Shown: positions 19,133 through 31,115 of the stretch, one piece after another
Position numbering within the stretch: position 1 is the stretch's first letter
Layout: every line of letters starts with the position of its first letter
Assembly (NCBI GenBank): GCA_963719535.1
Contig: CAVRCH010000014.1
Location: 51,914-115,913 of the forward strand
Source: an uncultured Cytophagales bacterium
GTDB lineage: Bacteria; Bacteroidota; Bacteroidia; Cytophagales; Cyclobacteriaceae
DNA length: 64,000 nt
Reading direction: 5' to 3'
Position numbers and translations under genes: made by a program
Notes under the pieces: generated by a model
The model's database searches: none
Told to the model about the DNA's origin: nothing
Seen by the model: only the letters and a program-made list of their open reading frames with translations

Positions 19133-21067
19133 TTGAAAAATTACATACTAATTACTTACTTCATTTTATTGGGTTTTTCACTAACTGCCCAAAACAACAC
19201 AATTGATAGTTTAAAACAGTTAGTCCAGAATCAAAAACATGATACTTCCAAACTGAAGTTATATATTAAGTTAGCTGAAGCTTACCATTCGGAAAATTTA
19301 GATACAGTAGGATTATATTTTCAAAAAGCATTTAAGTTATCGCGCAAAAATAATGATTATAAATTGGTTAACATCTACTCGGGGATTGGGTTAAGTCATT
19401 TCTATACTTCAAATATTGATTCTGCAAGATATTACTATGATAAAGGACTAGCACTATTGACAATAAATGATGACACTCTTGTAAGAGCGACAATTTACTC
19501 AAATTATTCTTTGTCATACGAACATACCAATGAAAATGAGAAAAGAATTGATTATAACTTAAAGGCTATTGATTTGGTTAAAAACAATGATGCAGAAGTT
19601 TGCTTTATGTATTATAATCAAGGAACTATTTATTACAATCTTGATCTTAAGGACCAAGCTTTGAAGTATTTTGAGCTAGCCTTTTCAAGTAGTGAAAAAG
19701 CTAATATATTAAGAGTAAAAGCGGGGGCCCTACATGCTTTAGCAATTATGTGTATTGATGAAGAAAAATATGAAAAAGCAAAAAAATATATCGATAAGGC
19801 CTTAGTCCTATGCGAAGAACATCAATCACCTGAAATCTGTTATTTTTCCAATAATCAATTAGGAATCTATTACAAAAATTTAAAAAGACTCGACGAAGCC
19901 AATATTGCCTTACTAAAAGCAAAAAGTTTTGCTCAACAACTCAATAGAAAACATGATATAATTGCCAGTAATATTACACTTGCACAAAATGAATATGAAA
20001 GAGGAAATTATACCTTGTCCACCAAATATTTTGAAGAATTCGAAAATTTGTATCTAGAGGAATCTATACCTTCAATAGGTATAAGAGCCTATAAGGATTG
20101 GGCACGTACTGAAGCCAAAAGAGAAAAATATAAAAAAGCTTATGAGCTTCTTTTAAAAAGCAGCATAATTAAAGATTCTACCTTAGAGAAAGAAAATAAA
20201 CAAGTACTTGCAGATGCTCAGGAAAAATACGAAACCGAAAAAAAAGACAAAGAATTAGCCGAACAGAAATTGGCTATAGAAGAAAACCAGTTGGAACTCC
20301 AAAAACGAAAAACACAAAATAGCATCATGACCGCCATTGCTATTTTTCTTTTGGTTTCTTCTTTGTTAGGATGGTTTTTATTCCAACAGCGACAAAAGCG
20401 AAAGAATCAGGAAATATTAACTTTAAAAAGAGAACAACAGGTAAAAACCTTAGAATCCTTAATAGAGGGTGAAGAGAAAGAACGTTTCCGGATGGCTAAA
20501 GAACTTCACGACGGTGTAAACGGTGATCTCTCTGCAATTAAATATAAATTGACTTCCATGTTAGAGCATAACACAGCCATTGTCAATGAGGTTGTTGCTA
20601 TGATCGACAAATCGAGTGAGCAAGTGAGGGCTATTTCACACAATTTGGTACCGCCCTCACTGGAGAAATTTAATCTTGTAGATGCTTTGGAAGATTATTG
20701 CATCACAATGAATGAAATTCACGAACCGGAAATCACGTACCAACATTTAGGAAATCCCTTGACCATTTCCAAAAATAATGAAATCAATCTCTTCAGGATT
20801 GTCCAAGAACTAGTGAGCAATAGCATTAAACATTCCGGTGCCAATTCTATCACTGTTCAGACCAGCCAACGTGAAAATGTGATTCAACTAACAGTAGAGG
20901 ACAATGGCGCCGGTTTCGACCCTACCTTCTTGCAAAAAAGGGGCATAGGTCTCCAAAATATTGACTCTAGAATTGAATACTTAAATGCTACAAAAGATTT
21001 TATTTCCAATTCAAAAGGGACTTCTTATACCATTGAAATTGATACGTTTAAACTAAATGATTACTAG
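19133..21067 (+). CDS. TPR-repeat sensor histidine kinase (HisKA_3 type)
   Basis: signal peptide, TPR-like helices, TM helix, EEKERFRMAKELHDG H-box, QELVSNSIKH, EDNGAGF, GIGLQNI. Confidence 0.92.
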   Translation: MKNYILITYFILLGFSLTAQNNTIDSLKQLVQNQKHDTSKLKLYIKLAEAYHSENLDTVGLYFQKAFKLSRKNNDYKLVNIYSGIGLSHFYTSNIDSARYYYDKGLALLTINDDTLVRATIYSNYSLSYEHTNENEKRIDYNLKAIDLVKNNDAEVCFMYYNQGTIYYNLDLKDQALKYFELAFSSSEKANILRVKAGALHALAIMCIDEEKYEKAKKYIDKALVLCEEHQSPEICYFSNNQLGIYYKNLKRLDEANIALLKAKSFAQQLNRKHDIIASNITLAQNEYERGNYTLSTKYFEEFENLYLEESIPSIGIRAYKDWARTEAKREKYKKAYELLLKSSIIKDSTLEKENKQVLADAQEKYETEKKDKELAEQKLAIEENQLELQKRKTQNSIMTAIAIFLLVSSLLGWFLFQQRQKRKNQEILTLKREQQVKTLESLIEGEEKERFRMAKELHDGVNGDLSAIKYKLTSMLEHNTAIVNEVVAMIDKSSEQVRAISHNLVPPSLEKFNLVDALEDYCITMNEIHEPEITYQHLGNPLTISKNNEINLFRIVQELVSNSIKHSGANSITVQTSQRENVIQLTVEDNGAGFDPTFLQKRGIGLQNIDSRIEYLNATKDFISNSKGTSYTIEIDTFKLNDY

Positions 21068-21695
21068 ACTTGCCATAACTGATGATCACCCCTTAGTGCT
21101 ACAGGGTATTGAAGCAATGCTTTCTGATACCCAAGAGATAAGTGTAGTGGGACGCTACCAGAATGCTGCTCAAACGTTGGAAAATATAAAACATGATAAT
21201 CCAGATGTTTTGCTGCTGGATATAAATCTGCCAGATATAGATGGAGTTGAACTTTGTAAAATACTCCATAAAAGACATCCAAACATTAAAATACTTGCTC
21301 TCACTAATTTTGAAGAAATTTCGTTTGTCAAGCAACTGTTGAGGAATGGTGCCAATGGTTACCTTCTGAAGAATACGCAGAAGCCCGAGTTGATTATGGC
21401 TCTTCAGACGGTGCTGAAAGGTGAACAGTTCCTTCAAGAGAAAATAAAACGGAAACTGATGAACTCAGTTCTTGGACAAAAACCGCACGGAGAATTTATC
21501 CCGAAGCTGACTCGAAGGGAACAGGAAGTGCTGGAAGCCATCAATGAAGAATTAACCACAGAGGAAATCTCTAAAAAATTATTTATTAGCGTTAAGACTG
21601 TTGAAACTCACCGCATGAATTTAATGAGTAAATTTGGTGCTAGAAACAGCATTGGGATCATTAAGGCAGCATTGCATTTTGGTTTTTTAGATTGA
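21057..21695 (+). CDS. NarL/LuxR-family response regulator
   Basis: DDHPLV, LLDINLP receiver; LTRREQEVL...ISVKTVETHRMNL HTH. Confidence 0.95.
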   Translation: MITRLAITDDHPLVLQGIEAMLSDTQEISVVGRYQNAAQTLENIKHDNPDVLLLDINLPDIDGVELCKILHKRHPNIKILALTNFEEISFVKQLLRNGANGYLLKNTQKPELIMALQTVLKGEQFLQEKIKRKLMNSVLGQKPHGEFIPKLTRREQEVLEAINEELTTEEISKKLFISVKTVETHRMNLMSKFGARNSIGIIKAALHFGFLD

Positions 21696-22144
21696 TGGAA
21701 CACTCTACATATAAAGATTCCTAATGATAATCCGAAAATATTGATGAATCAAAATGACTTTAGTAAAGTTGAGCTTATCAAGGCAATTTAAAAGTAGTTT
21801 TTTATCAATTGGAATAGGGTCAGGTTGTTGGTTAATTATTAATTTGAAATCTAAATATTATGCGAATTAAGATACAACATAATTAGCAGTATTTGACCTA
21901 TTTTAAAATTAAAATGTCTCATTTAGGGAGATTTGTGACCGATAAGGGAGAAGTATTTTCAAAAACCTCCGAATAAAAGTTTCTACAAAAATGGTATATG
22001 ACAAGCTACGAAGCAAAGCTGTAAATTTTACTCTGCTCAAGAGTAAATTCAAATAATGATAACTTAAATAGATAAATCCTTACAAAGCAAACATTTCATT
22101 GTTTAATTAAAATGAAAACTAAATCGAAAATTTCAATCATCTTG

Positions 22145-22188
22145 GTAACATCTGTTACCAAACTATCTTCTGAAACTCCTTTACTTTG
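22145..22188 (+). promoter_or_regulatory. GTAAC-N4-GTTAC operator plus -7-like element
   Basis: GTAACATCTGTTAC (22145-22158, extending to TG...CA), 22 bp, TTACTTTG (22181-22188). Confidence 0.78.
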
Positions 22189-22211
22189 CAACATAATTAA
22201 AGTAAAATAGA

Positions 22212-22478
22212 ATGAGCAAAATAAATAGTACAACTATAATTGACGTGAGGTCAGCCGCAGAGTTTGATCTGGAACACGCAGAAGGTGCAATCAATATTCC
22301 ATTGCAAGATATTGCTAATAAAGTGGAAGAAATAAGCAAGATTGAAGGAGAAATCATATTATGTTGTGCCTCAGGTAATAGAAGTGGAATGGCGCAGCAG
22401 ATTTTAGAAGCCAAGGGGATCACTTGCCACAATGCTGGCTCATGGTTTGAAGCACATAATTTTGCAATGGCATTATGA
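22212..22478 (+). CDS. single-domain rhodanese
   Basis: IIDVRSAAEF...H.EGAINIPL; active loop CCASGNRS. Confidence 0.9.
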   Translation: MSKINSTTIIDVRSAAEFDLEHAEGAINIPLQDIANKVEEISKIEGEIILCCASGNRSGMAQQILEAKGITCHNAGSWFEAHNFAMAL

Positions 22479-22789
22479 GCTTTCTAAAAAAATTATTCGG
22501 ATTAGGCCCTTCTGTCGATTTAAAACAATTAGCCAATGATGGCGCCATCATTTTAGACGTAAGAACTAAAGGGGAATTTCAAGGTGGTCATATTAAACAA
22601 GCGATGAATATCCCTGTAGAGAATCTGGTTTCAGATTTTTCTAAATTAAAAAATAAGGACAAAGCCATCATTACCTGCTGTGCCTCAGGCATGAGAAGCG
22701 GTAGAGCTAAAAGTATCTTAAAATCAAAAGGATATGAAAAAGTATATAATGGTGGGGCGTGGAGCTCTTTAAACCAAAAAATAAGATGA
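22475..22789 (+). CDS. single-domain rhodanese
   Basis: ILDVRTKGEFQGGHI; CCASGMRS; ATGA overlap with the upstream gene. Confidence 0.92.
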   Translation: MSFLKKLFGLGPSVDLKQLANDGAIILDVRTKGEFQGGHIKQAMNIPVENLVSDFSKLKNKDKAIITCCASGMRSGRAKSILKSKGYEKVYNGGAWSSLNQKIR

Positions 22790-22992
22790 TAAGAACGGTT
22801 TTACATACACCATGGTCGCTCATACGCTGGCTTAGGCTGGCCATAGGACTATACTTAGTTTTTATAGGTATAACAGAATCTGACTTTCTAGCTGGCGGAA
22901 TTGGTGCTATATTTTCAATTCTGGCACTTCTTAATCAAGGTTGTGGGGGTAATAGCTGTGCGAACGGAAATTGCGATATTCCAAAAAAATAG
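22786..22992 (+). CDS. small membrane protein with Cys-rich tail (DUF2892-like)
   Basis: ATG 22786 overlaps the upstream TGA; two TM helices; GCGGNSCANGNC tail. Confidence 0.7.
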   Translation: MIRTVLHTPWSLIRWLRLAIGLYLVFIGITESDFLAGGIGAIFSILALLNQGCGGNSCANGNCDIPKK

Positions 22993-23000
22993 ATAGTAAG

Positions 23001-23024
23001 AAAGCCGGTTAATGCCGGCTTTTT
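23001..23024 (+). terminator. intrinsic terminator
   Basis: AAAGCCGG-TTAATG-CCGGCTTT followed by Ts. Confidence 0.8.
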
Positions 23025-23138
23025 ACTTTTGCAACTTCCAAAACACCTCTCTACCTACCTCTCATTAATATTCGATGAAAGATTTTTGAAACAGCAATTT
23101 TCATCAACAATCAATAAGCCTGCGACTTATAAATAAAT

Positions 23139-23174
23139 ATTGATTTTATCGATATTATCATAAATAATATCATT
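23139..23174 (+). promoter_or_regulatory. possible OxyR-like site upstream of katG
   Basis: ATTG-N7-CGAT-N6-ATAA-N7-CATT, a degenerate match to ATAG-N7-CTAT repeats in AT-rich DNA. Confidence 0.3.
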
Positions 23175-23228
23175 TTACTAAATAACTATCCTAAGTCAAT
23201 TTCTACATAATTTCGCCACAGAAATTAA

Positions 23229-25508
<2,280 letters not shown>

Positions 25509-25531
25509 ATTATTGCTTTCCTATTCAAGTG

Positions 25532-25562
25532 AAAAGCCGGGCTGAAAAGTTCGGCTTTTTTT
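25532..25562 (+). terminator. katG intrinsic terminator
   Basis: AAAAGCCGGGCT-GAAA-AGTTCGGCTTTT plus T-tract. Confidence 0.8.
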
Positions 25563-25580
25563 ATTGGCTTTGTTAGCTAG

Positions 25581-26634
25581 CTTGTTGGTGAAAACACCAA
25601 CAAGCGGGTGGGAAGGTTGATTAGAAAGTAACCACCAACAATATTCGGAAAAGTTGTATATAAAACATTTGGTACTAATTCGAACATATTTCTCATTATA
25701 AGTAATTGTATTAGTAAACTATTGGGCTGCTTGAAAAAAAAAGAGTTAGCATTTCACTAGCACTCACATTGTTGGTGTTTTCACCAACATTTTTTGTAAA
25801 ATACTAAATTGCAAATATGCATCTATTACTTTCAACCTAATATCAAAAAATGGATATAATCTCAGATGAACAATACAAAATTAATTTTTTCACCGCTACA
25901 ATTTATCAATGGAAACAGCTTTTAAAACCTGATAAATACAAGAGTATTCTGGTAGAAAGCTTAAGATTTTTGGTAGAAAAAGGACAGGTAAAAGTTTATG
26001 CTTTTGTAATAATGCCTAACCACATTCATTTGCTCTGGAAAATTAATGCTCCCTATTTTTTGAAAGATGTTCAAAGAAACTTTATGAAGTTTACTGGTCA
26101 GATGATCAAGTTTGACTTAAAAAAGCATCACCCTAAAGTGTTAGAACATTTCAGAGTCAATTTAAAAGATAGAGAATATCAATTCTGGCAAAGAAATTCC
26201 CTTAGTAAGTTTTTTGATTCGAGAGAAGTTATTGAACAAAAACTAGATTATATTCACAACAATCCAGTTAAAGGGAAGTGGGAATTAGCGAACAGTTATT
26301 TGGAGTACTTTTACTCCTCTGTAAGATTTTATGAGCAAAATAAAGATGAGTTTGGTTTTTTAACTCATTATATGGAAGAGCTAGGGTGAATTTAGATTTT
26401 CTACATTTTCTAACTTGTTGGTGAAAACACCACCAAGGAGGTGAGTGGGTAAAAGTAATGAATTTGGATAGGTTTGATAGTATCTATCAATAAATTATTA
26501 CTTTCCTTCGAGTGAAAAGGCGGGCTGAAAAGTTCGGCTTTGTTAGCTGTCTTGTTGGTGAAAACACCAACAAGCGGGTGGGGGTGAACTTAGATTTTCT
26601 ACATTTCTAACTTGTTGGTGAAAACACCAACAAG
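25581..26634. repeat. REP-like hairpins CTTGTTGGTG-AAAA-CACCAACAAG (5 copies)
   Basis: copies at 25581-25604, 25770-25789 (inverted, shorter), 26414-26437 (1 mismatch), 26551-26574 and 26611-26634, flanking the RAYT gene. Confidence 0.92.
25850..26389 (+). mobile_element. rayT: REP-associated tyrosine transposase (RAYT, HUH/Y1 family)
   Basis: FFTAT N-terminus, HUH motif MPNHIHLLW, FWQ, catalytic KLDYIHNNPV; flanked by REP hairpins. Confidence 0.9.
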
Positions 26635-26640
26635 GAGGTG
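26384..26640 (+). repeat. direct repeat of rayT 3' end + REP (26384-26443 and 26582-26640)
   Basis: gggtgaa.ttagattttctacattt(t)ctaa-REP-gaggtg present twice. Confidence 0.92.
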
Positions 26641-26798
26641 GGCTTTTACTTCAGTATGAAGTTACTTCCTACCCCAGTTATATTTTGATTAATCCTGAAG
26701 GAATAGTAATTGACAGGTGGACATTTTCCGGAGAACAATTTTTTAATGCTAAATTAAAAAAACACATAAATTAAAATAACTTTCCATCATCCAAGTAA

Positions 26799-26842
26799 GT
26801 AACATTTGTTACACCTTTATACCTCACAACCCTCTAGTTTTG
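26799..26842 (+). promoter_or_regulatory. GTAAC-N4-GTTAC operator plus -7 element
   Basis: GTAACATTTGTTAC (26799-26812), 22 bp, TAGTTTTG (26835-26842). Confidence 0.8.
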
Positions 26843-26862
26843 TCCAAAATTTAAATTAACTT

Positions 26863-27678
26863 ATGGCATTGATAGAGATAATTGGATATATAGGAGCAGC
26901 CATTATTGGCATCTCATTGGGGTTAATCGGTGGCGGAGGTTCCATTCTCACGGTACCTGTATTGGTCTATTTACTAGGGATCACTCCTGTGACTGCCACG
27001 GCATATTCCCTCTTTATAGTGGGGTTTAGTTCATTAGTAGGCGGAATTAATTATGCGAGAAAAGGTTTAGTGAATTATAAAACTGGTATAGTTTTTACCA
27101 TACCAGCCTTTATTTCAGTTTATCTTACACGCTTAATTTTGGTGCCTTCCCTCCCTGAATCATGGTTTTTTATTGGAGATTTAGAAATAACCTTATCTAT
27201 CGGAATCATGGTGATTTTTGCCATTTTAATGATTGCAGCTTCTTATTCCATGATAAAAGATAAGAAAGCCTTAAAAAAAGAACTTAAAGAGGTAAAAAGC
27301 ACAAAAAAATTCAATTATCCTTTAATTATTATTGAAGGTGCGGTAGTTGGCGCACTTACAGGTTTAGTGGGGGCAGGTGGTGGTTTTCTTATTATACCTG
27401 CATTGGTTGTATTAGCCAAACTCCCTATGAAAGAAGCTATTGGCACTTCTTTGCTTATTATCGCAGTGAAATCTTTAATAGGATTTATTGGAGACATACA
27501 AGCAGGGGGTGATATTGACTGGATGTTTCTCACCATATTCACGCTCATTGCAGCGGTTGGTATATTTATAGGTACCTATTTATCTGGCTTAATAGATGGG
27601 CAAAGGCTTAAAAAAGGATTTGGCTGGTTTGTGCTCATCATGGGTTCTTTCATGATTTATAAAGAGTTGTTTATGTGA
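26863..27678 (+). CDS. TauE/SafE family sulfite exporter
   Basis: GLIGGGGSILTVP and GLVGAGGGFLIIP repeats, MKEAIGTSL; about 8 TM helices. Confidence 0.92.
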   Translation: MALIEIIGYIGAAIIGISLGLIGGGGSILTVPVLVYLLGITPVTATAYSLFIVGFSSLVGGINYARKGLVNYKTGIVFTIPAFISVYLTRLILVPSLPESWFFIGDLEITLSIGIMVIFAILMIAASYSMIKDKKALKKELKEVKSTKKFNYPLIIIEGAVVGALTGLVGAGGGFLIIPALVVLAKLPMKEAIGTSLLIIAVKSLIGFIGDIQAGGDIDWMFLTIFTLIAAVGIFIGTYLSGLIDGQRLKKGFGWFVLIMGSFMIYKELFM

Positions 27679-27862
27679 TGTATCGCTAAAGCGATGGTTA
27701 ACCGCAAAGATGCCAAGACGCAAAGAATAAACGTTATTACATTTTTGAATTTGCAAAATCATCTTGGTAGGATAAGATACAATGCCTGTCTAATTTTTAT
27801 GGCATTCTTTCACACCCAGCAGAGAAAAACTAAAATGATGACAAAATCTAATTCCTCCCACC

Positions 27863-27876
27863 GTAACATATGTTAC
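27863..27876 (+). promoter_or_regulatory. GTAAC-N4-GTTAC operator
   Basis: perfect palindrome GTAACATATGTTAC 66 bp upstream of the second PDO-rhodanese gene; no -7 match at the 22-bp spacing. Confidence 0.72.
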
Positions 27877-27942
27877 TATCTTATTAGCAGACTCTACGTT
27901 AAAATTAATATAAAATACGATCTAAATTAAAACTAACGAACT

Positions 27943-29280
27943 ATGAACATCAAACATTTTTATGACGAGGCATTGGCACAAGGCTCATTCGCAATTGAAA
28001 GTGAAGGAAGTGTTGCATTAATAGATCCTTATAGAGATATCGCTCCTTTTGAGAAATTTGCAGAGGAACACAATGCCAAAATAGTAGCGGTTTTTGAAAC
28101 GCACCCACATGCTGATTTCATCAGTAGCCATTTAGAAATTCAAAAAAAATATGGAGCAAAAATCTACGTAAATGAAAAAGTGGGAGTAAGTTATGATTTT
28201 CAACCCATGGCCCATGGTGAGGAAGTAAAGATCGGAGATGTAACTTTCAAAGCTTTATTTACACCAGGCCATTCACCTGACCACAATTCCTATTTATTAT
28301 TAGATGAAAACGGAAGGGAAAAAGCAGTTTTCACTGGTGATTCTTTGTTTGTAGGTGATGTAGGCCGGCCAGATCTCAGAGAAGGTGCGGGAAATATTCA
28401 GGTAAGTCGCAAAGAATTAGCAGGGATGATGTACGAAACTGTGAATAATGTTTTTGCCGACTTAGCAGACGAAACTATTGTTTATCCGGCACATGGAGCA
28501 GGCTCCTTATGTGGTAAAAATATGAGCAGCGATTTAACCAGCACCATTGCTAAGGAAAAAAACAACAACTGGGCCTTTCAAATAAAAGAAAAAGATAAGT
28601 TCATCGATGCTTTTCTGGAAGGGCAATCTTTTATCCCTAAATATTTCCCTAACAGTGTGGAAGTAAACAGAAAAGGCGCAATAGCATTAGAAGAGGCTGT
28701 TAAAAATGTAGCTAAAAAAGAAGGAACAGAAATTCCTGAAGGCTCAATCATCATTGACACCCGAGCTAAAGAGGAATTCAAAAAAGGTCATTTGAAAGGT
28801 GCTATCAATATCCAAAACAATGAAGGTGATAAATTTGAAACATGGTTAGGCTCCATCGTAGCTCCGGGCGAATTCTATTATTTAGTAGCTGAAAATAAGG
28901 TAGCTTTGGATTTTGCTGTTTACCGTGCCGCAAAAATAGGTTATGAGAATAATTTAGTAGCTGCAGTCACAAAGCCTAAGGGAGAAATAATGACTGATGC
29001 TCAGGTTAATCTCGATGATTTTAAAAAGAATCCGGATGCTTATACAATTATCGACATCAGAAATAAATCAGAAGTGGAAGATGGTAAATTCTTTGATGAT
29101 GCCAAAAATATACCACTACCTGAACTAAGAGAAAGGGCTTCTGAAATTAACACGCAAAAACCGGTAATTGTACATTGTGCCGGTGGTTACAGATCCGCTG
29201 CAGGGTTTAGCATAGTAAAAAAGCTATTACCCAATGCCAAAGTGTACGATTTAAGCGATGCTGTTGAGGAGTTTAAATAA
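27943..29280 (+). CDS. second MBL-fold persulfide dioxygenase-rhodanese fusion
   Basis: ETHPHADF, TPGHSPD, GDSLFVGDVGRPDL, PAHGAGSLCGK, HCAGGYRS. Confidence 0.88.
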   Translation: MNIKHFYDEALAQGSFAIESEGSVALIDPYRDIAPFEKFAEEHNAKIVAVFETHPHADFISSHLEIQKKYGAKIYVNEKVGVSYDFQPMAHGEEVKIGDVTFKALFTPGHSPDHNSYLLLDENGREKAVFTGDSLFVGDVGRPDLREGAGNIQVSRKELAGMMYETVNNVFADLADETIVYPAHGAGSLCGKNMSSDLTSTIAKEKNNNWAFQIKEKDKFIDAFLEGQSFIPKYFPNSVEVNRKGAIALEEAVKNVAKKEGTEIPEGSIIIDTRAKEEFKKGHLKGAINIQNNEGDKFETWLGSIVAPGEFYYLVAENKVALDFAVYRAAKIGYENNLVAAVTKPKGEIMTDAQVNLDDFKKNPDAYTIIDIRNKSEVEDGKFFDDAKNIPLPELRERASEINTQKPVIVHCAGGYRSAAGFSIVKKLLPNAKVYDLSDAVEEFK

Positions 29281-29309
29281 CATTCAACTTTATATGGAAA
29301 TTAAATTCT

Positions 29310-29341
29310 AACCGCTTTTTTATTGAGAAAGCGGTTTTTTT
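29310..29341 (+). terminator. intrinsic terminator
   Basis: AACCGCTTT...AAAGCGGTT plus T-tract. Confidence 0.8.
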
Positions 29342-29549
29342 ATGTTACCAATTCCTACTCTGACATCGCCTTGAAAAATAAAACGGGATAGTTTCAATTC
29401 CAATTTTACTTCCTTAACTATTATTATTTTATATAACAAATACGAAGTATACCTTTGTGTCTTCGGGTCTTTGCGGTTAAATACAAACTGCTTTAGCAGT
29501 TCACTTTGACGTCTTCATAATTTTAATAGAGAAAGGGTGGTGGTTAAGC

Positions 29550-30017
29550 TTACCCGAGACCCCCCCTATGCTTAATCTGCAATCCGTTCAGAAAATTCCT
29601 TAAATACTGATCCATAAAAGGTCGGTATTGGGCTTGTTTAGGGTTGCGCAGAAATGCACTTAGCTCATGCGGACCAATCGGCTTGTCTGCCAATCTGAAT
29701 AGTTCAACGATGTCATCGGTTTTTAAATCTAATGCTATCTTAAGCTTTTTAAGGATTATATTATTATTGATTTGATTTTCGGGTTCAGGCTGTGGCCCTT
29801 CTTTTCTCCCTCTATTATCGTTAATCAAACCATTAAGAAAAGCTGCTAATTGATTATCATACAAATTATTAAATTCAGGATCTTCTTCCGGCTTTAACCA
29901 ATTGCTGAGCAGAGGTCGGGTAACTTTGAAATCAGCCTGAGCAAAAATCTCTATCATTTTTGCATCGTTATAATCAAAAACATAACGGATGCGTTTGAGA
30001 ATGTCATTATTGGTCAT
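29550..30017 (-). CDS. DUF1456 (YehS) family protein
   Basis: MTNNDILKRIRY...NNNIILKKLKIAL...DQYLRNFLNGL. Confidence 0.92.
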   Translation of the reverse strand: MTNNDILKRIRYVFDYNDAKMIEIFAQADFKVTRPLLSNWLKPEEDPEFNNLYDNQLAAFLNGLINDNRGRKEGPQPEPENQINNNIILKKLKIALDLKTDDIVELFRLADKPIGPHELSAFLRNPKQAQYRPFMDQYLRNFLNGLQIKHRGGLG

Positions 30018-30101
30018 AGGAATAATAAAATTTAACCAAAATTAATGCTTTTATGCTTCCTGCCCTTATAAAATAGTAGGAAATAGAAGAATTATAGAAA
30101 A

Positions 30102-31115
30102 TTATGCAATATATGGATCTAAATCAGCATCTGTTTTCTTCTTTACAATCTCTAACCACTCAGCAATTTTTGATTTATTTTCCTTGTATAATTTCAGAGC
30201 AAAATCGCCCAAAGCATCCATATTTTCATCTGTGGCACAATCCATTGCTGAATTAATATGCTCGTCTAATCTCTTATTGATGCGTAGATATTGTTTAGGT
30301 TCAGTGATCGTATCAAAAATTTGCTGCAGGTGAAAATGCGTGACATCTGCCGCTCCCGACATCATAATATCCAAAGCAGGCATTATCCATTGTGCCTTAC
30401 CATAATTCTTTACTTTATGATAAGGATAAGATTCCATATCATGTCCTGTGCCTAAAGACAGAATATGCATATGCTTAGCAGTAAGTTTAGAAAAATTACG
30501 TACTTCGGAATAAGCGCACAAAGCAGGGTTATTTACAAAAACGCCTCCATCAATCAAGGCATATTCATCGCCGGATAAAGCAGCAATCTTAGCACATTCA
30601 AAGTAGGTAGGGGCAGCGGAGGTAGCCCGGCAAATATCCTTTACTTTAAAGTTACAAGCAGCCTCATGAGCCATATGTTGTCGGAAAAAGTGACCCTTTC
30701 TATTTTCTACATCGTAGGAAGTGATGATGGTAGGCTTTAATAATTCACTTAGCAAACAATCTCCAAAGTAATCATCTAATGCCTTTTCCAGCCCTTTTTC
30801 AGGATATTTCTCATCTAAAATCCCTTTGCCTGTCCTCAACCTATGGAAAAATGGGATGTCAAAAATTTCTCCTCCCCTATCAAAATATAGATCCACTACT
30901 TCTCTGGCAGTAAATTTTGCTTGATCTGGATTATTCTCATCTGGAACTAAATAAGCGCAAGCCAAAATTCCACCGGTACTGGTGCCTGTTATCATGTCGA
31001 AATACTCTGACACTTTAATGTTAAAATCTCTTTCCATACATTCTAAAATAACTCCCGGCACTATACCTCTAATACCTCCGCCATCAATTGATAAAATTCT
31101 TACTGGTTCGTTCAT
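30102..31115 (-). CDS. patatin-like phospholipase
   Basis: LSIDGGGIRG, GTSTGG nucleophile elbow, ATSAAPTYF, IDGGV. Confidence 0.93.
   Translation of the reverse strand: MNEPVRILSIDGGGIRGIVPGVILECMERDFNIKVSEYFDMITGTSTGGILACAYLVPDENNPDQAKFTAREVVDLYFDRGGEIFDIPFFHRLRTGKGILDEKYPEKGLEKALDDYFGDCLLSELLKPTIITSYDVENRKGHFFRQHMAHEAACNFKVKDICRATSAAPTYFECAKIAALSGDEYALIDGGVFVNNPALCAYSEVRNFSKLTAKHMHILSLGTGHDMESYPYHKVKNYGKAQWIMPALDIMMSGAADVTHFHLQQIFDTITEPKQYLRINKRLDEHINSAMDCATDENMDALGDFALKLYKENKSKIAEWLEIVKKKTDADLDPYIA

Noticed and set aside
25850-26389. IS200/IS605 element
   Set aside because: No tnpB is present; multiple dispersed REP hairpins and the protein motifs fit RAYT.
26414-26634. CRISPR array (three 24-bp repeats, with cas6 in the window)
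   Set aside because: Spacers are about 113 and 36 bp and copy adjacent DNA. The repeats are full hairpins flanking a RAYT, so they are REPs.
27694-27930. 78-aa ORF between tauE and the PDO gene
   Set aside because: It is built from two repeat elements and the operator palindrome; probably spurious.
30102-31115. CBASS system with a CapV-like effector
   Set aside because: No CD-NTase or ancillary cap gene is adjacent.
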